Source: Calcarisporiella thermophila CBS 279.70 (Eukaryota > Fungi > Calcarisporiellomycota). From it: DNA of 64,000 nt. The position numbers and the translations under genes are program-made. The DNA lies in NCBI RefSeq assembly GCF_041956535.1, contig NW_027192201.1:548206-612205 (forward strand). The letters run 5' to 3'. The notes beneath the pieces are model-generated. The model was not told the DNA's origin. It did not search any database and saw only the letters and a program-made list of their open reading frames with translations. Within the stretch, counting starts at the first letter, position 1, and each line of letters begins with the position of its first letter. Shown in pieces: positions 1-11,947 of the stretch.

Positions 1-1473
1 CATCACAGCCTGACGCGCTTTCTCAAGCGCCACGGCCAGCTGGCGATTCTTGCTTAAGGATTTCCAGGTGTGAGTTCGCGGCGGGGAGCCCGCGGCGTCG
101 GCGGCCTTTGGGAACAAGGAGGAAAACACCAAGGGGTCTCTCTCGCCCATTGTCGTGTCCTTCAGTCGGCGGGATTGCTAAGTGGAGGCGGTTAATTCGC
201 AAATGCAGACCGCGCAGGGAACGGCAATGTCAAATAAAAGAGGGTTTCAGGTGCAAGAGAGGGGGTCGCTAAGCCTATTTGCTATGTATCGAAGAGACGA
301 TCGTAAATTTGCGTTTCAGAACCTAATTTTTTTTTGTGGCTCTCCCATGCGAGGCAAGTGTGTCCACAGGCGGGAACAGACACACGCACAAAGCTGTCCC
401 TTGCTTGCCCAAAGCTCCCATGGCACCGCCCGTGGCCTTCCCTCGGCCCTCCAACCTGCTCAGCCTGGCCGCGGGGCGCCGCCCGGCCGGCTCGCCGCTG
501 CAGCGAGCTGGCGTTGAAATCCGCCGTAATTTCGATCCAATTTTCCCGTTTTCAAAGTCATCCCCTAATGGCCTGCCCGCGGCGGTGATTTATGCACCCG
601 GGCCCTCTCAGCTGGGCAGGCTTCGATATGGTAATATCAAACCCACCCGTGCCAGAAACTGAATATCAGCTTATAAAGTAACTGCTCGGAGGGCCGTGGG
701 CGGCCGCCATGACGACATAGGCTCCGTGCCGCGGCCGCACAAAAGAAGCACTGCGAAATGTGCATAGTTGTGGGCGACGAAGATCGAGCTCCATCCCCGC
801 GCTCATTCGTCTACGCAGCCTTATGTCATCCGCCATTGTTCTGTGGACTGAGACTGGTAGAGCTTGGCTTTAGGTGCCCAGGAGCATGGCCTGTAGCCGG
901 AAGGAGGGCCTTCCTGCGGCACGGCCCTTGAAAGGCCACTGAGAATGCATCGGCCCGGGAAAGAGTTAAGCTTTGCGGGGACAGCTGCACAGTCTGATCA
1001 AGAAAAGCGGGAGCGTCGGCAAAACCTGTCAGATCAACGAGGGACTGTGCGATGTGTTTAGGGAAAAAAAAAAAAATAGCTGCAGGCCACCGTCGGAATA
1101 TGAACCAGAATTTAATCTATTGTTTTTCTAGATGCACAATTTCTGGCGTAGTTTATATTAGCATGTGCTAACACAACGACGAGCCGTGGATTTCTTCTGT
1201 TTCTCCTTGCAAGCATTTCTATATGGCCGCCCATTTCCGCTCATTTTTTTTTTTTTTAAATCTGGACCCAAGGATCCCGCTGTCTTTGAGGACCAACATT
1301 TCCAGCCATGTATGGTACAATATGATTTATATAAAATTGGAAACCCTTGGAGCTAATACAACAAATCTGGTTGTTTCTAAGAATCGAGTGGAACCATGGG
1401 AATCATAGGAAACAAAGCTACCCCTCCTCCTAAATATTCGCGGTGTATTTTTAGTTCTTCATGCGTTGGGCCG

Positions 1474-4305
1474 CTAATGCTCGCTAGATTTTCGTTCCTG
1501 GGTTTCATCATCGTGCGCACGGTTGTAGTCCTCCTCTTCCTCCTCGCTGTCCCCAACATCAAAGTGTCTATCAGCCGCAAAGAGCGCGGGCGACTCTGCC
1601 ACCAGCTCATCCAGCTCATTGTCATCTTCGCTTCTTAGCGCCGCGAAACGGGCTTTCGCATTTTCTCGGTTGCGGCGATACCATAGAAATCCCGCTAAGC
1701 CAACAAGGCCGCCCACCACTAATAGCGCAACGACGCCAGTCGCCGCATAGTAGTGATTCCATTTACCAGAGCCAAGGCCCGTGGGGTCCTCCCAGCCAAA
1801 AGGAGCCTACACATTGAAAATTAAAAGGGCATAAGCAATCCCAATTCAACAACGCTTCCAAGTAGAACGCACCCCAGAGGTGCCCACCCAGGAAGGCACT
1901 TCTGCAATACTCTTGTCACCCAAACCCATGAACCGATTCACCATGTCAAGCTCAGGTAAAGGTTGATCGTAACCCACGGCATGGGACGCCTGACTCACGA
2001 GAACATATGTAATATTGCGAGCAGATTGATAGGTTCCTACTTGGGTGCCGTTCACAAACCAGGGAAGGACTGGAGCATCGCCCATGCCTACCTCGCCGCC
2101 CCACGTAAGATTAGCGAGAAGAAGTTCGTGGCCGAGATGGTTATAGGCGAGATCATTATCGCCGCTAGATAGAGGGAAGGAGAGATGGGGGGAGGGGGGA
2201 GAGGAAGGTTTAAATGTGATCCTATGGTTAGAGTGAATATCGATATTAAAATACCTGTAAAGTAACAAAGGTATTTTTTCTAGTAATTCCGGTAGAATCT
2301 GTCACAAGAGAGGATTAATAAATGCACGATTAAATTCCATGCATGATATTCTTATCACCCACTTTGACCGGCGGTTCGCTAGTATCCGTATTAAGTGCAG
2401 ATGCAATACGCCCATTGCACTCCGTCCACCCGGTCAGTTTAATGTTTGCGTGGAGCGATTTTACAACTTTGGGATTCTATGAAATGAACAGAATAAAGCA
2501 CTTCATCCCTTCAACCTCACAGAGTTGGCATGGATAATTACCCGTAGATACATAGAAAGGTTCGCTTGCTCATATGGCCAGGTAATACCACACTTCGGGT
2601 AGACATCATGTAGTCGGATGTCGTGCTGATTGACACAGTGCATAGCGCCATCTTGCCTATCAATTTTAAAAATAGATAAAGTATTGAATCTGCCACATGC
2701 TCCCAAAAAGTTATCACTAACGAGAACAAGGTATGGTCAAGCACATTTTGAAGGATCTTATCGCAAGTTGCAGACCGAATCCGAATCCCCGTCGTCCGTT
2801 GCTCCTGGTGGCATTTGGCGAGGAGATCTTCCGAGTCTTTCTGTAATAGGAGACACGTTAGAACAAGCCAATGCACTACATGCTCTCCAGAAGACAACTA
2901 CCTTTTGGGAATCGTCCTTCAGCAAATTTTTTTCTACACTAAACTGATGGTGTGCATGGTACTATTAACAGAAGAATGAGTAACAAGGGAAACACCTCGC
3001 GTGTTATTGCTCACAGAAACCTACTTGGTGCCATGGATCCAACCAGGGATTGCCCATGATTAGACCTTTTACATTATACTATTTCCAAAGAAAAACGAGG
3101 TTGTGAATTCGATCAGATCATTTTACATGTAAATCTGAAGAGTGGGATACCTTGGAAGTGGCATTGCTTCTTTTCAGCATCTCCTGTGCAAAATAGGGTA
3201 CAAACACGCCGCCATATCCTTTCCCCGCTAAATAGATCTATATTTGATAGAGGCGGTGTAAAAAATTTGTTATTCCATGCAGTGAGTATATACTCGGAGC
3301 GGCAAGACTTACATCCGCCTCTTTGAATTGATTGAAGGTATCAAGAAATTTGTCGATAAACGTCAGGAAATGGGCTGACACCTATGGGGCATGAAAATAT
3401 CAAAATAAGAATGGCAGAGACGCATCCACTTCACAGAAAATAATAGAACAAACCTCTGGAATACTTTGGTCATAACTATCTGTGCTAACGAGACTAAATC
3501 CTGTTCCGAGAGGTTGGTCCACTATAATTGTCAATGAGAATGAGGCAATGGTTACGGAAAGTACATCGTCTCTTCACCCATATACCATATAGCACGTTTG
3601 CATAAGTATTCCAACTACCCTTGTTCAACTGCGACGATGTCGTGTCATTGGGGCGGAATGGTCCATTATCTAGGTATATATCACCAATACTGCGGAGCCG
3701 CATTAGCAACATCGACTTCATCATTGTATACTACTAAAAGAATTTACCTCGAACTATGCAACATTTTCAAAATTGACAAAATAAGAATAAAGATAGAGTT
3801 AAAAAAACTCTTACACTCCGGAGATGGAGTATCTAACTATCTCACCATCCAGGGCCACCATTGAGCCAAACAATCTATAGGAATAACGCTGAATGTATTA
3901 GTGGACCTAAATAATAGTGCATCTGGACATATATACCAGTTTTTCATTGCCCTTTGACTCGCGCTTTTGAAATAGCCAGAAAAAGATTTGGGCATTTTTC
4001 GATTCATCGACGATGATATGTCTTGATGCAGAAGCAGAGGATAGGGGTTAACAAATAGTATAAAACTGGCTGGAAGAGAGAAAGCAATACCCTGCGTAGG
4101 ATGGAACTGTATCTTTCGGATCAGGTAGATCCCCGACCGCATAAACATCTACGATGTAGGTGTTGGAGTTGGTTAGATTGGTAGGAATTGGATAATATTG
4201 TAATAGGTGAAGATAATAGATTTCAGTAATAACTCCAACGGATGAATCGAGATGAGAACACAAAATGGAATAGGGTCTTCGGTTACCTTTCGTGGGATTG
4301 CTCAT
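1474..4305 (-). CDS. Kex1-like peptidase S10 membrane protein, multi-exon, catalytic Ser absent; start codon uncertain
   Basis: Spliced motifs SYAGH, IFFWLF, VWLNGGPGCSS, DQPLGTGFS, GNPWLDP, YSGDNDLAYNHLG, ASHAVGYDQP; C-terminal TM (LLVVGGLVGLAGFLWY) and acidic tail; GKGYGG in place of GESYAG. Confidence 0.88.
3748..3753 (-). other. 6-nt microexon (TTCGAG) of the Kex1-like gene
   Basis: Minus strand tgcatag|TTCGAG|gtaaat; needed to join GGA TG| to |T ATT GGT as GGPGCSSIG. Confidence 0.8.
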
Positions 4306-4417
4306 CTCTAATGTTCTGTAGCGATCATTGAAAACTTAATATGAATATAGACTTGCCACGGATAGAGGCTTATTGCACTCGCCACCCATTGCGGGGGGGA
4401 AAATAAATTTAAAATTA

Positions 4418-6251
4418 CTATTGACAGGAGAATTTCTCTTCGAGCCGCCTTTTTAAATGGCTGTAAAAAGACATAAATACATCACGATCCTGCCCACTCG
4501 TCCAGGCAATCCAAAGGGCACATTTCCCTTCCTCTCCACCCCCAGATATCTCGCACTGAAACTCAAAGAGTGGCGTATCTGTAACCATTTGCTCCGTTAG
4601 TCGCGAGTCCGGTAACCGTACCTTTTCACGACGCGAGGCGCGAGACCATGTATTTCTCGATGCAGAGCCATGTATCTTTCCCTCCTCCTTTACGACGATT
4701 CTTATTTCAAGCAAAGAAAGAAGCTCTGTCAAGTAGAGAAGTAGAAGCTCTCTCTCAACACGCCATTCGGTGGTGAATTCGGTCTTGGGTGGAGCAGAGC
4801 TTCTGAGCCTCTTTGATTTTGGTCGCGCTATGCTCTGTGGGAAAATACGTTGTAGCATACTTACACATAAACAACAGAACAAAGAGTCTATTCTTACATC
4901 TGGCGGCCGCCGCGCTCCAAATGACCATCCAATCCCCCACCGTCGTGTATAACCCTGGCAAAATTCATGGACGGCGAAATTTTTGATCTAATCATAAATT
5001 AAATGATCAGTAGGAGTAAGCTCACTATTGTAAATGCAATTACATTATGAGCCTTTAATTTTGCTACGATTCGCTCAACAGTATCTTTTTTCCCCGTCAT
5101 GGAAGTATACCACCTGATACCCAACTCGTGAGAGAAGTCGCGAAAATGATCGGACCTAAACTTAGCACTTACAGAATTCGATCTTTGAGCTCCAAGCTCT
5201 CTTGTAAAATCCTGCTAATGAAGCCGAATTCTCCACCTTCTGTCAATAACTCGTGCGATGATCCGGTGCATATCTAGAAAAACCAAGGTAAACGCTCTAT
5301 AGTTTGCACTACCATCGGCGTAAGTTCTGGATAGATTACCGCAAAGGGGGCCAGATCTTTATTGCGACTGCTTTCATCCATCTCTTCAAAACTCTCGTAA
5401 AATGGTGGGTTACACATGCAAAAATCATAGTTATCTTCCGTTAGTGCCTTGGGCGGGAATATTCGATCAGGTGTATTATGATATAGAGATATGTTTCTGT
5501 TCATCCCGTTTCGATCGACGTTTTCTGACGCGTATCCAAGCGCCCGCTCGTTAATATCTACGGAAGATATAAATGTTTGCAAGAATATAAGAGAGCCAGT
5601 GCAATGATTACCGGTGGCCAAAAACCGCCATTCTGGATGCAGAGCACATCCAAGCAATGGATAGATGCAAGAGGCACCAGTTCCGATATCAATACCAGTT
5701 ATCCGAGCATCAATATTTTTCCCATTTGCTGTTAGCAAATCCTCGATCCAATGTATATAATTCAATCTGTTTGGGACCTACTCCGCTTTAATATTTAACC
5801 AAGTTCTTCGAAAATATAAGAGACATACAAAATCTTATTACCGCTGGGCAAAGAACGTCAAGTGGAATGGTGAGGTCGATTCCAAAATCCTCTTTCAGGA
5901 GACAACAAGTTAATTCTCTAGCATAGTCAAGTAACATTTTCGTATTATAATACAGCTTATACCAATACCGAGTATAAGATGGTATTGCAAAGACGGATTT
6001 ACCTGACAGCCTCTGGATTCGTGAAGTCAATGGTCTTTCCGCCGCTCTTTGAAGGCAGTACGCTATTGAATTTTATAAACCATTATAATTCATTTAAAAC
6101 TAAACCGATATAAATGTGGTTACAATGGTTGAAAGCGAGGGTATTTTGCTGCTAATTCTGCGAAATTGGGAGGTCTATCCTTATATCGATTGCGATCATG
6201 CATCGACGAGCTGACATTACCGAAAAGTTTGTGCTTATTTTTTTCCGTCAT
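4418..6251 (-). CDS. METTL16: U6 snRNA m6A methyltransferase (METTL16/RlmF family), multi-exon
   Basis: MHDRNRY..PPNF, LCPAVPNRLNYIHWIEDLL, GIDIGTGASCIYPLLG, FCMCNPPFY, WYTSM.GKK, QG.TRRWGIGWSF, NTWSR. Confidence 0.93.
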
Positions 6252-6468
6252 TTGCGATAATTTCTGTATAAGAAAATCAAACTCAAAATCGAACTGCAAT
6301 TTTTTTTTCTTTTTGATCACTTTTTTCTCTTCTCTGCTTCAACCAAGATCATCCATAATCAAACAGCGTTTATGAAATTTGAAGTTTAGCGGTGATTATA
6401 TATTCATCGGCATTCACTCCAGTGCACAACCTCCTACCATTTAGTGGACATCAATCGGATCATTCATC

Positions 6469-9084
6469 ATGAGCAGACGCAAACTAGATCAAACTAGAAT
6501 GATGCTCGCTCTCTCACCGACACTGACACGTTCAAAGGCTGATGAAGAGGGCGGTGCATTAAAAAACTTTTCTGATAGGTAAATTGGGGTCAATCTTGGG
6601 GAATTTCCACTGATCTTGATCTAATACAAAACCATGTATTAGTGGTCTCTTATTTCTCTCCTTAATGCAGTCGCGCCAGGCATGGACGACATCGCTCCTT
6701 ACTCCTTTTGGAAAACAATCTAATGACGGTACACTACCAAACAATACACCAGCTACCTCTCCTCCGGTATCTTATCTTGGTTCCGCTTGCATCACCATCG
6801 GCCCCCATAAATTCCCAGATACTAAATTTTACGAGGTCATCCGTATTGATCAACCAGCGGTACCTATTTCTGGCGGATCGGTCCCCGTGGATAGCAAAAT
6901 ATCTCTGCTAGAAGTAAAAAATGAAGTCATAATGCATGATGTACATTCAGAACAAAAGATTACCTCGAAAGATGTTACTTCGACTTCAGATTGCAGCATA
7001 GTCATCGAATTCAGCGAGAATCCATCTGAACGATGGCTGTTACCCAAAAACATAGTTGGGGAGTTACTAAACATGAGCGAACCGTTAGAGGTGTGTGGTT
7101 GCGGAGCATTTTTATTATATTAACAAGGACATCATTCTCAGCTATATTCAATTAGATTCTCGCGTCATTTTACTTACCAGCTCAAACTGTCCATCACTCT
7201 GTTCGAAACCATCAGTTAATCAGTGTCCGTATCTCTGGAGCAACCTATGTATTGTGGAATGCTATCCGACGTTCCAATTGCGCAAATGATATATTCTCAA
7301 TGTTGACCGGAATGAAGCATATGGTAATCAGGAAAGAGATTCATACTTTGGTTTGGAATAGGTTTTAATCTTTCTGCGTATTTAGATTGATGTTCACGCT
7401 AGCCGGTACTACTTTCAAAACTGCCTCTCTCCTGAACTGCCTCCCATCCTAAACGAAGTAATTGTTATATTTATTGACCCGGCATTTATGCAAAACTCAC
7501 TTTCGCCTTAATTTTTGCAGTATGCCTCTGGAATGACTCAAACGGTCGAAGCAATTACGCCAGCTAGTGGGAATAAACGAAGAACAGGCTCAACAGAGGT
7601 CGGAGGAACAAAGCAAAAGCGATTCAAACCGGGCTCTCATGGTGCGCATGCACATAATACATGCCACTGGTTTCTTGGGCTTTTACTCATCTCTTTTTTT
7701 TTTCCCGCTTAGACCCAGGCTTTAAAAAGATGCCAAAACCAATGCCAAGAAAAGCCCACTCAACTACTTCTGTCAATGGCGCTGGTGGAAACATTGGTGG
7801 TGCTGGAGGAAATAACAACAGCAACGGAACGAAAAAATGTGCTTACTGTGGATCCAGAAATACCCCAATGTGGCGGCGTGGTCCCGATGGAGCGGGTAAT
7901 GGCATAGATTTTTACCTTTACCGAACTAAGTCTGACCTTCCATCAATACAGGCACACTTTGCAATGCTTGTGGTGTCAAATGGAAACATGGAAAGATACT
8001 TGGTCATGCTGCAGCTTCACAGGCCCAGGCCGGCTCGCCCACGAATGAGTCATCCAGCTCTTCAATCACTCCAACCGCACCCTCTCCCAAGATCAAAGCG
8101 AAAAAACCGCCATCATCGCAAAGTTTCATCCGCCCACCTCTTACAAAATCCTCCATATCTACACCCTCTGATCTATTATCCTCCGAAAAAGTGCGTGAAA
8201 ATATAATCAAACCGCGTCCGCAAATGACTCCTGCAACTGAACGTCCGCCCCCTACTCCAACTCCTCCAGCCAGCGCTGGGCCTAAAGCAATGAGCGCACC
8301 ACTTAAAAAGAGATTCTCCAAGGTTAACGTTATGGAAATGTCTCCGACCAATACTCTGCCTCCCTCTGTGACTCCCACTGCTTCAACCAACACCATCCTT
8401 TCCGAGCAAATCACAGATTCTCCTAGTAAGTTACTCTCGAGTGCTCTACAAAATGCAGTTGACTGACTTGTGTATAAATTAGCTGCTGCTTCTCCTTCCC
8501 TTCCTTTGCCCCCAAACCCTGTGCCAACTCAACCAGCCAAGTCATCGTTTTCCCTCCCCCCTGCAGAACCCGTGCCACCTGTAGAGAAACAGTCAAACGC
8601 AAGAGGTGCAACTCCTCCACCTGCACAAGCTAAACCGGTTGAAAAGCAACAACCGCAGCAACAGCAGCAGCTAGCAACCCCATCGTCGAAATCACACCGC
8701 CCTGGCCCCGTCTCTCTCCCCACCTTGTCAATTGCATTTGGCCCAGACAACGCAACCTTTATTCACCCAAAATGCCAGATCGAATTACGTAATGATCACT
8801 TCAAGATTCGGTTGGAATATCCCGGATTCGAAGCAACTACGGCCGAAATTTTTCGGGCTAACGTGGAGTGTTTCGAGTTCGAGGTCACCAAGGATGAGGG
8901 TGGTGCAGTGTTGGTGTTACGAGCGATCGTTGGCCAACATCTCCATAAGTTCGGAAAGGACCTGCTAAATCCTGTAGGGGATGAGACTGTCGTTGTATGC
9001 AAATTCCGGGAAAAAACCCTTGACGGTGAGCCTCAGGGAGTGGTGCAAAAGCTATTAGAGCGATGGTTAGCAACGGATGAATAG
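6469..9084 (+). CDS. GATA zinc-finger protein with probable N-terminal Swc3-like domain, multi-exon
   Basis: Spliced [31 protein letters not shown] finger; N-terminal SGLLFLSLMQSRQAW, LGSACITIGPHKF, IVIEFSENPSERWLLP, ILASFYLP; Pro/Ser/Gln-rich linker. Confidence 0.85.
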
Positions 9085-9315
9085 TCGCTTAATTTGAGTT
9101 TTATTATATTTCAAATTGTTTATAGTACTATATTGAATCTTCCTGCTACTCTTCTGTAATAATATGTTCTTTCTCGTCAGAGTCTACCCGAAATGAGTGT
9201 TCATATTACCAACCAATGCAACATAAAGCTTCATTCCCATTAAGTGGTTTGTTGATTGATTGTGAATTTTATTCTGCTTGCAAGGTGGAGGAAATAGTCA
9301 ATAATACAAAAGGTC

Positions 9316-9374
9316 ACTGCCAAGGAAACCATTAGAGTACCAGTAACTGGTACTCTAATGGTTTCCTCGGCAGT
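9316..9374. repeat. Near-perfect inverted repeat (29-bp arms, 1-nt spacer, 1 mismatch)
   Basis: ACTGCCAAGGAAACCATTAGAGTACCAGT-A-ACTGGTACTCTAATGGTTTCCTCGGCAGT. Confidence 0.95.
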
Positions 9375-9576
9375 TGTCAATTGTTGACAATTTGGATGAA
9401 TTGCAAATAAACATCATCCAGCATAGCATTTTATCTATCAGCATATCGAATGGTGTCAAGGGTGTCCTGAATGCAATTTATCTTTATTTTTATTATTCTA
9501 TTTATTTGTTCGACATCTAAATATATAGAGCTGTGTTCAGGGCACTCCCATTTTTCGAGGCTCACAATATAAATAG

Positions 9577-11569
9577 CTAGCCATGTCCTGCATCTGCCTT
9601 CTTCTCCTGTTTCTTCTCTTCATCTTCGTTCTGCTGTTGTTCCTGGGATCGATCTGGGCACAGCTTCTCACGTAGTTTTCCAACTGCACTGCGGAAGAAC
9701 CCATTTTCATTGCCTTCAGTGGGCTCGTTCTTGCCCTCGTTTTGAGGTTTTGATGCTGAAGTGGGGTTAGACGAGCTAGAGGTAGCAGAAGAGGAGCTGG
9801 AAGAGGAGCCGGAAGAGGGGTTGGAAGAGGTGTTATCAGGATGGCCACCCTCCAATGAGGCAGCATACTTTTCGATAAGTTCACGCTGATTTGGAGTGAG
9901 AGATCTAATATTATTGATGCATGCAACGAGTTAGAAAGCCCTTCAATATCGCCCAAATTTTAATTTTTTTTTTTACTTTACCTAGGGAGCTCAACTTTTA
10001 ATACCACCACTTGATCACCACGATCTTGCCGATTAAGACGGCGAATGCCCCGTTGTCGAAGCAGAATGTTATCGCCAGGCTGAGAGCCAGAGGGTATTTT
10101 TAATTCAACATCCCCGTCAATCGTGGGAATACGAGCTTTTCCTCCAAGAATGGCCATGTGGAAAGGCACTTTCTTGTCGACAAAAATGTTTGCGCCCTGT
10201 CTGCGGAAAATCTTAGAGGGGGACACCTATCCACACCAAACATATTTAGTAACTCTAGTACGTAGAGAACAATATGGCGAATAAATCGTTTCACTTACCG
10301 AGAGCCGCACGTAAAGATCACCTCGCGGACCGTTTCCTTCCAGAGGAGCGTCACCTTCACCCGAGATCCGGACACGATTCCCCTCCTCCACTCCCGCAGG
10401 GATATTCACCTCCACTGTCTTGCGAGTTCGTACACGGCCTCCACCCTCACAGGTTCCACAAGCGGCTCCTGGTGGCAAGTAGCTACCCAATCCGCCACAT
10501 GCTGAACATGTGGCTGACATATGAAACCCACCCCCTATGGAGATGGTGGTCGAGCCTGTTCCTCGACAGGTTCGGCACACTTCGCGTGAACGGCCAGGTC
10601 GAGTTCCACTCCCATGACACGTATCGCAAACCACTACCGGATCAACTGTAACCGTACGCTTTGTTCCTTTTGCTGCCTCCATGAACGATATATTGAGTGG
10701 TACTTCTAAATTATCTCCAGGTGCACGGCGGCCTTCTCCTGGTGATGCACCGGGTCGCCGCGTACCGAAGCCGGCCGCTCCCCCGAAAAATTGGTTAAAG
10801 ATATCTGCGGGATCAAAACCAGGGAATCCTCCTCCTCCCCCGCCGCCTGGGAATCCTCCCGCGCCAGGTGGTACATCGCCAAATGCGCTATAGCCGAACT
10901 GGTCAAACTGGGCACGCTTCTTATCGTCGGATAAGATCTATAAAAGTGACGGAATCGAGCTGATTAATGATGGGATTATATATACAATGGATAGATATAT
11001 ATACTTCGTAAGCCTCCTGGATTTCCTGAAACTTTTCCCGGGCTCCAGCCTCCTTGTTTGTATCCGGGTGGTACTTTTTGGCTAGCTGAAAAAAAAAAAA
11101 ATAGCAAAGTCAATTTCGCGTATTCCTATACCGTCATAGGTGTTAAAATTACTTGGTAATATGCTTTTTTAATATCTGAAGCAGATGCATCTTTCTTTAC
11201 ACCAAGCACTCCGTAGGGATCTTTGCGCTGCGTTGCAGGAGTAGTCGCATGGAATCGTCGCTAAATTTAAATAAACTGATCAATTTCATTATTATTCTCT
11301 CCAAAAGGTCAAACGCTAACTCACCCTTTGCTCACACCATATTGAAGGTGCAGGAGCAAATGCTCTACACTGTCCTTTGCTGACTAATAAAGGGAAAACT
11401 TGTTAATTGCGGGGGGGGGGATTATTCAACCTCTAAAATCAGTCATACTTTTTTGAATGTTAATTCCTACAGTCCATCCTCCTTTCCCGGGCTTATGAGC
11501 AAAATCACTTGCGCAGGAATTTAGCCTTTGATGTAGAACGAATCTCCCTAGACGACGGGCTGTCGACAT
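9577..11569 (-). CDS. MDJ1: Mitochondrial class A DnaJ chaperone, multi-exon
   Basis: Arg-rich presequence, [22 protein letters not shown]-domain, G/F-rich region, four CxxCxGxG repeats, DnaJ C-domain. Confidence 0.92.
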
Positions 11570-11947
11570 TGAGCCGGTACCAAGCAAAGATTTTTCCCGC
11601 GTATGATGAGATAACTTCACGGGTTTTCAGGTCTCAATATTGTTTTCGGGACTGCTGTTTTCAATTTGTGACAATCAATTTTGTAATTTCCAAGGAAAGA
11701 GATAGAAAAAACTAGACAACATGCAAAGAACTGTACAGAAGCGAAAAAAAAAAGAAAAAAGAAAACAAAGAAGAGGAGGAATAACATAAAAAATGAGAAA
11801 ATATAATATAAAGAGAAAAGATACAGGAGTGTTCTTGCTCTACCCTAATATTAAATACTAGGACAGGTCAAAAAGATAAATTTAACTTACAAAAGAAAAA
11901 AATATATATAAAGAAATTGTGCCAAGTCCTTGGTAATTTTTTTCCAT

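Noticed and set aside
182-662. Overlapping ORFs of 84-111 aa
   Set aside because: Expected in GC-rich DNA; no motifs; mostly non-ATG starts
3090-3150. Kex1-like intron beginning GTATCCC as U12-type
   Set aside because: Lacks TT at +7/+8 and has no TCCTTAAC-like branch site
4312-4320. UACAGAACA downstream of METTL16 as an autoregulatory METTL16 target
   Set aside because: Imperfect match to UACAGAGAA and no clear hairpin; explained as a 3' splice site
4579-4621. 43-nt intron-like segment (GTACGG..CTAAC..CAG) in the last METTL16 exon
   Set aside because: Splicing would shift the frame and lose the family-like C-terminus (PLFEF..W..G.DR..F.SF..HLKR); constitutive use unlikely
8464-8466. In-frame TGA between two same-frame ORFs of the GATA gene (possible Sec or readthrough)
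   Set aside because: It lies inside an ordinary intron (GTAAGT..CTGAC..TTAG)
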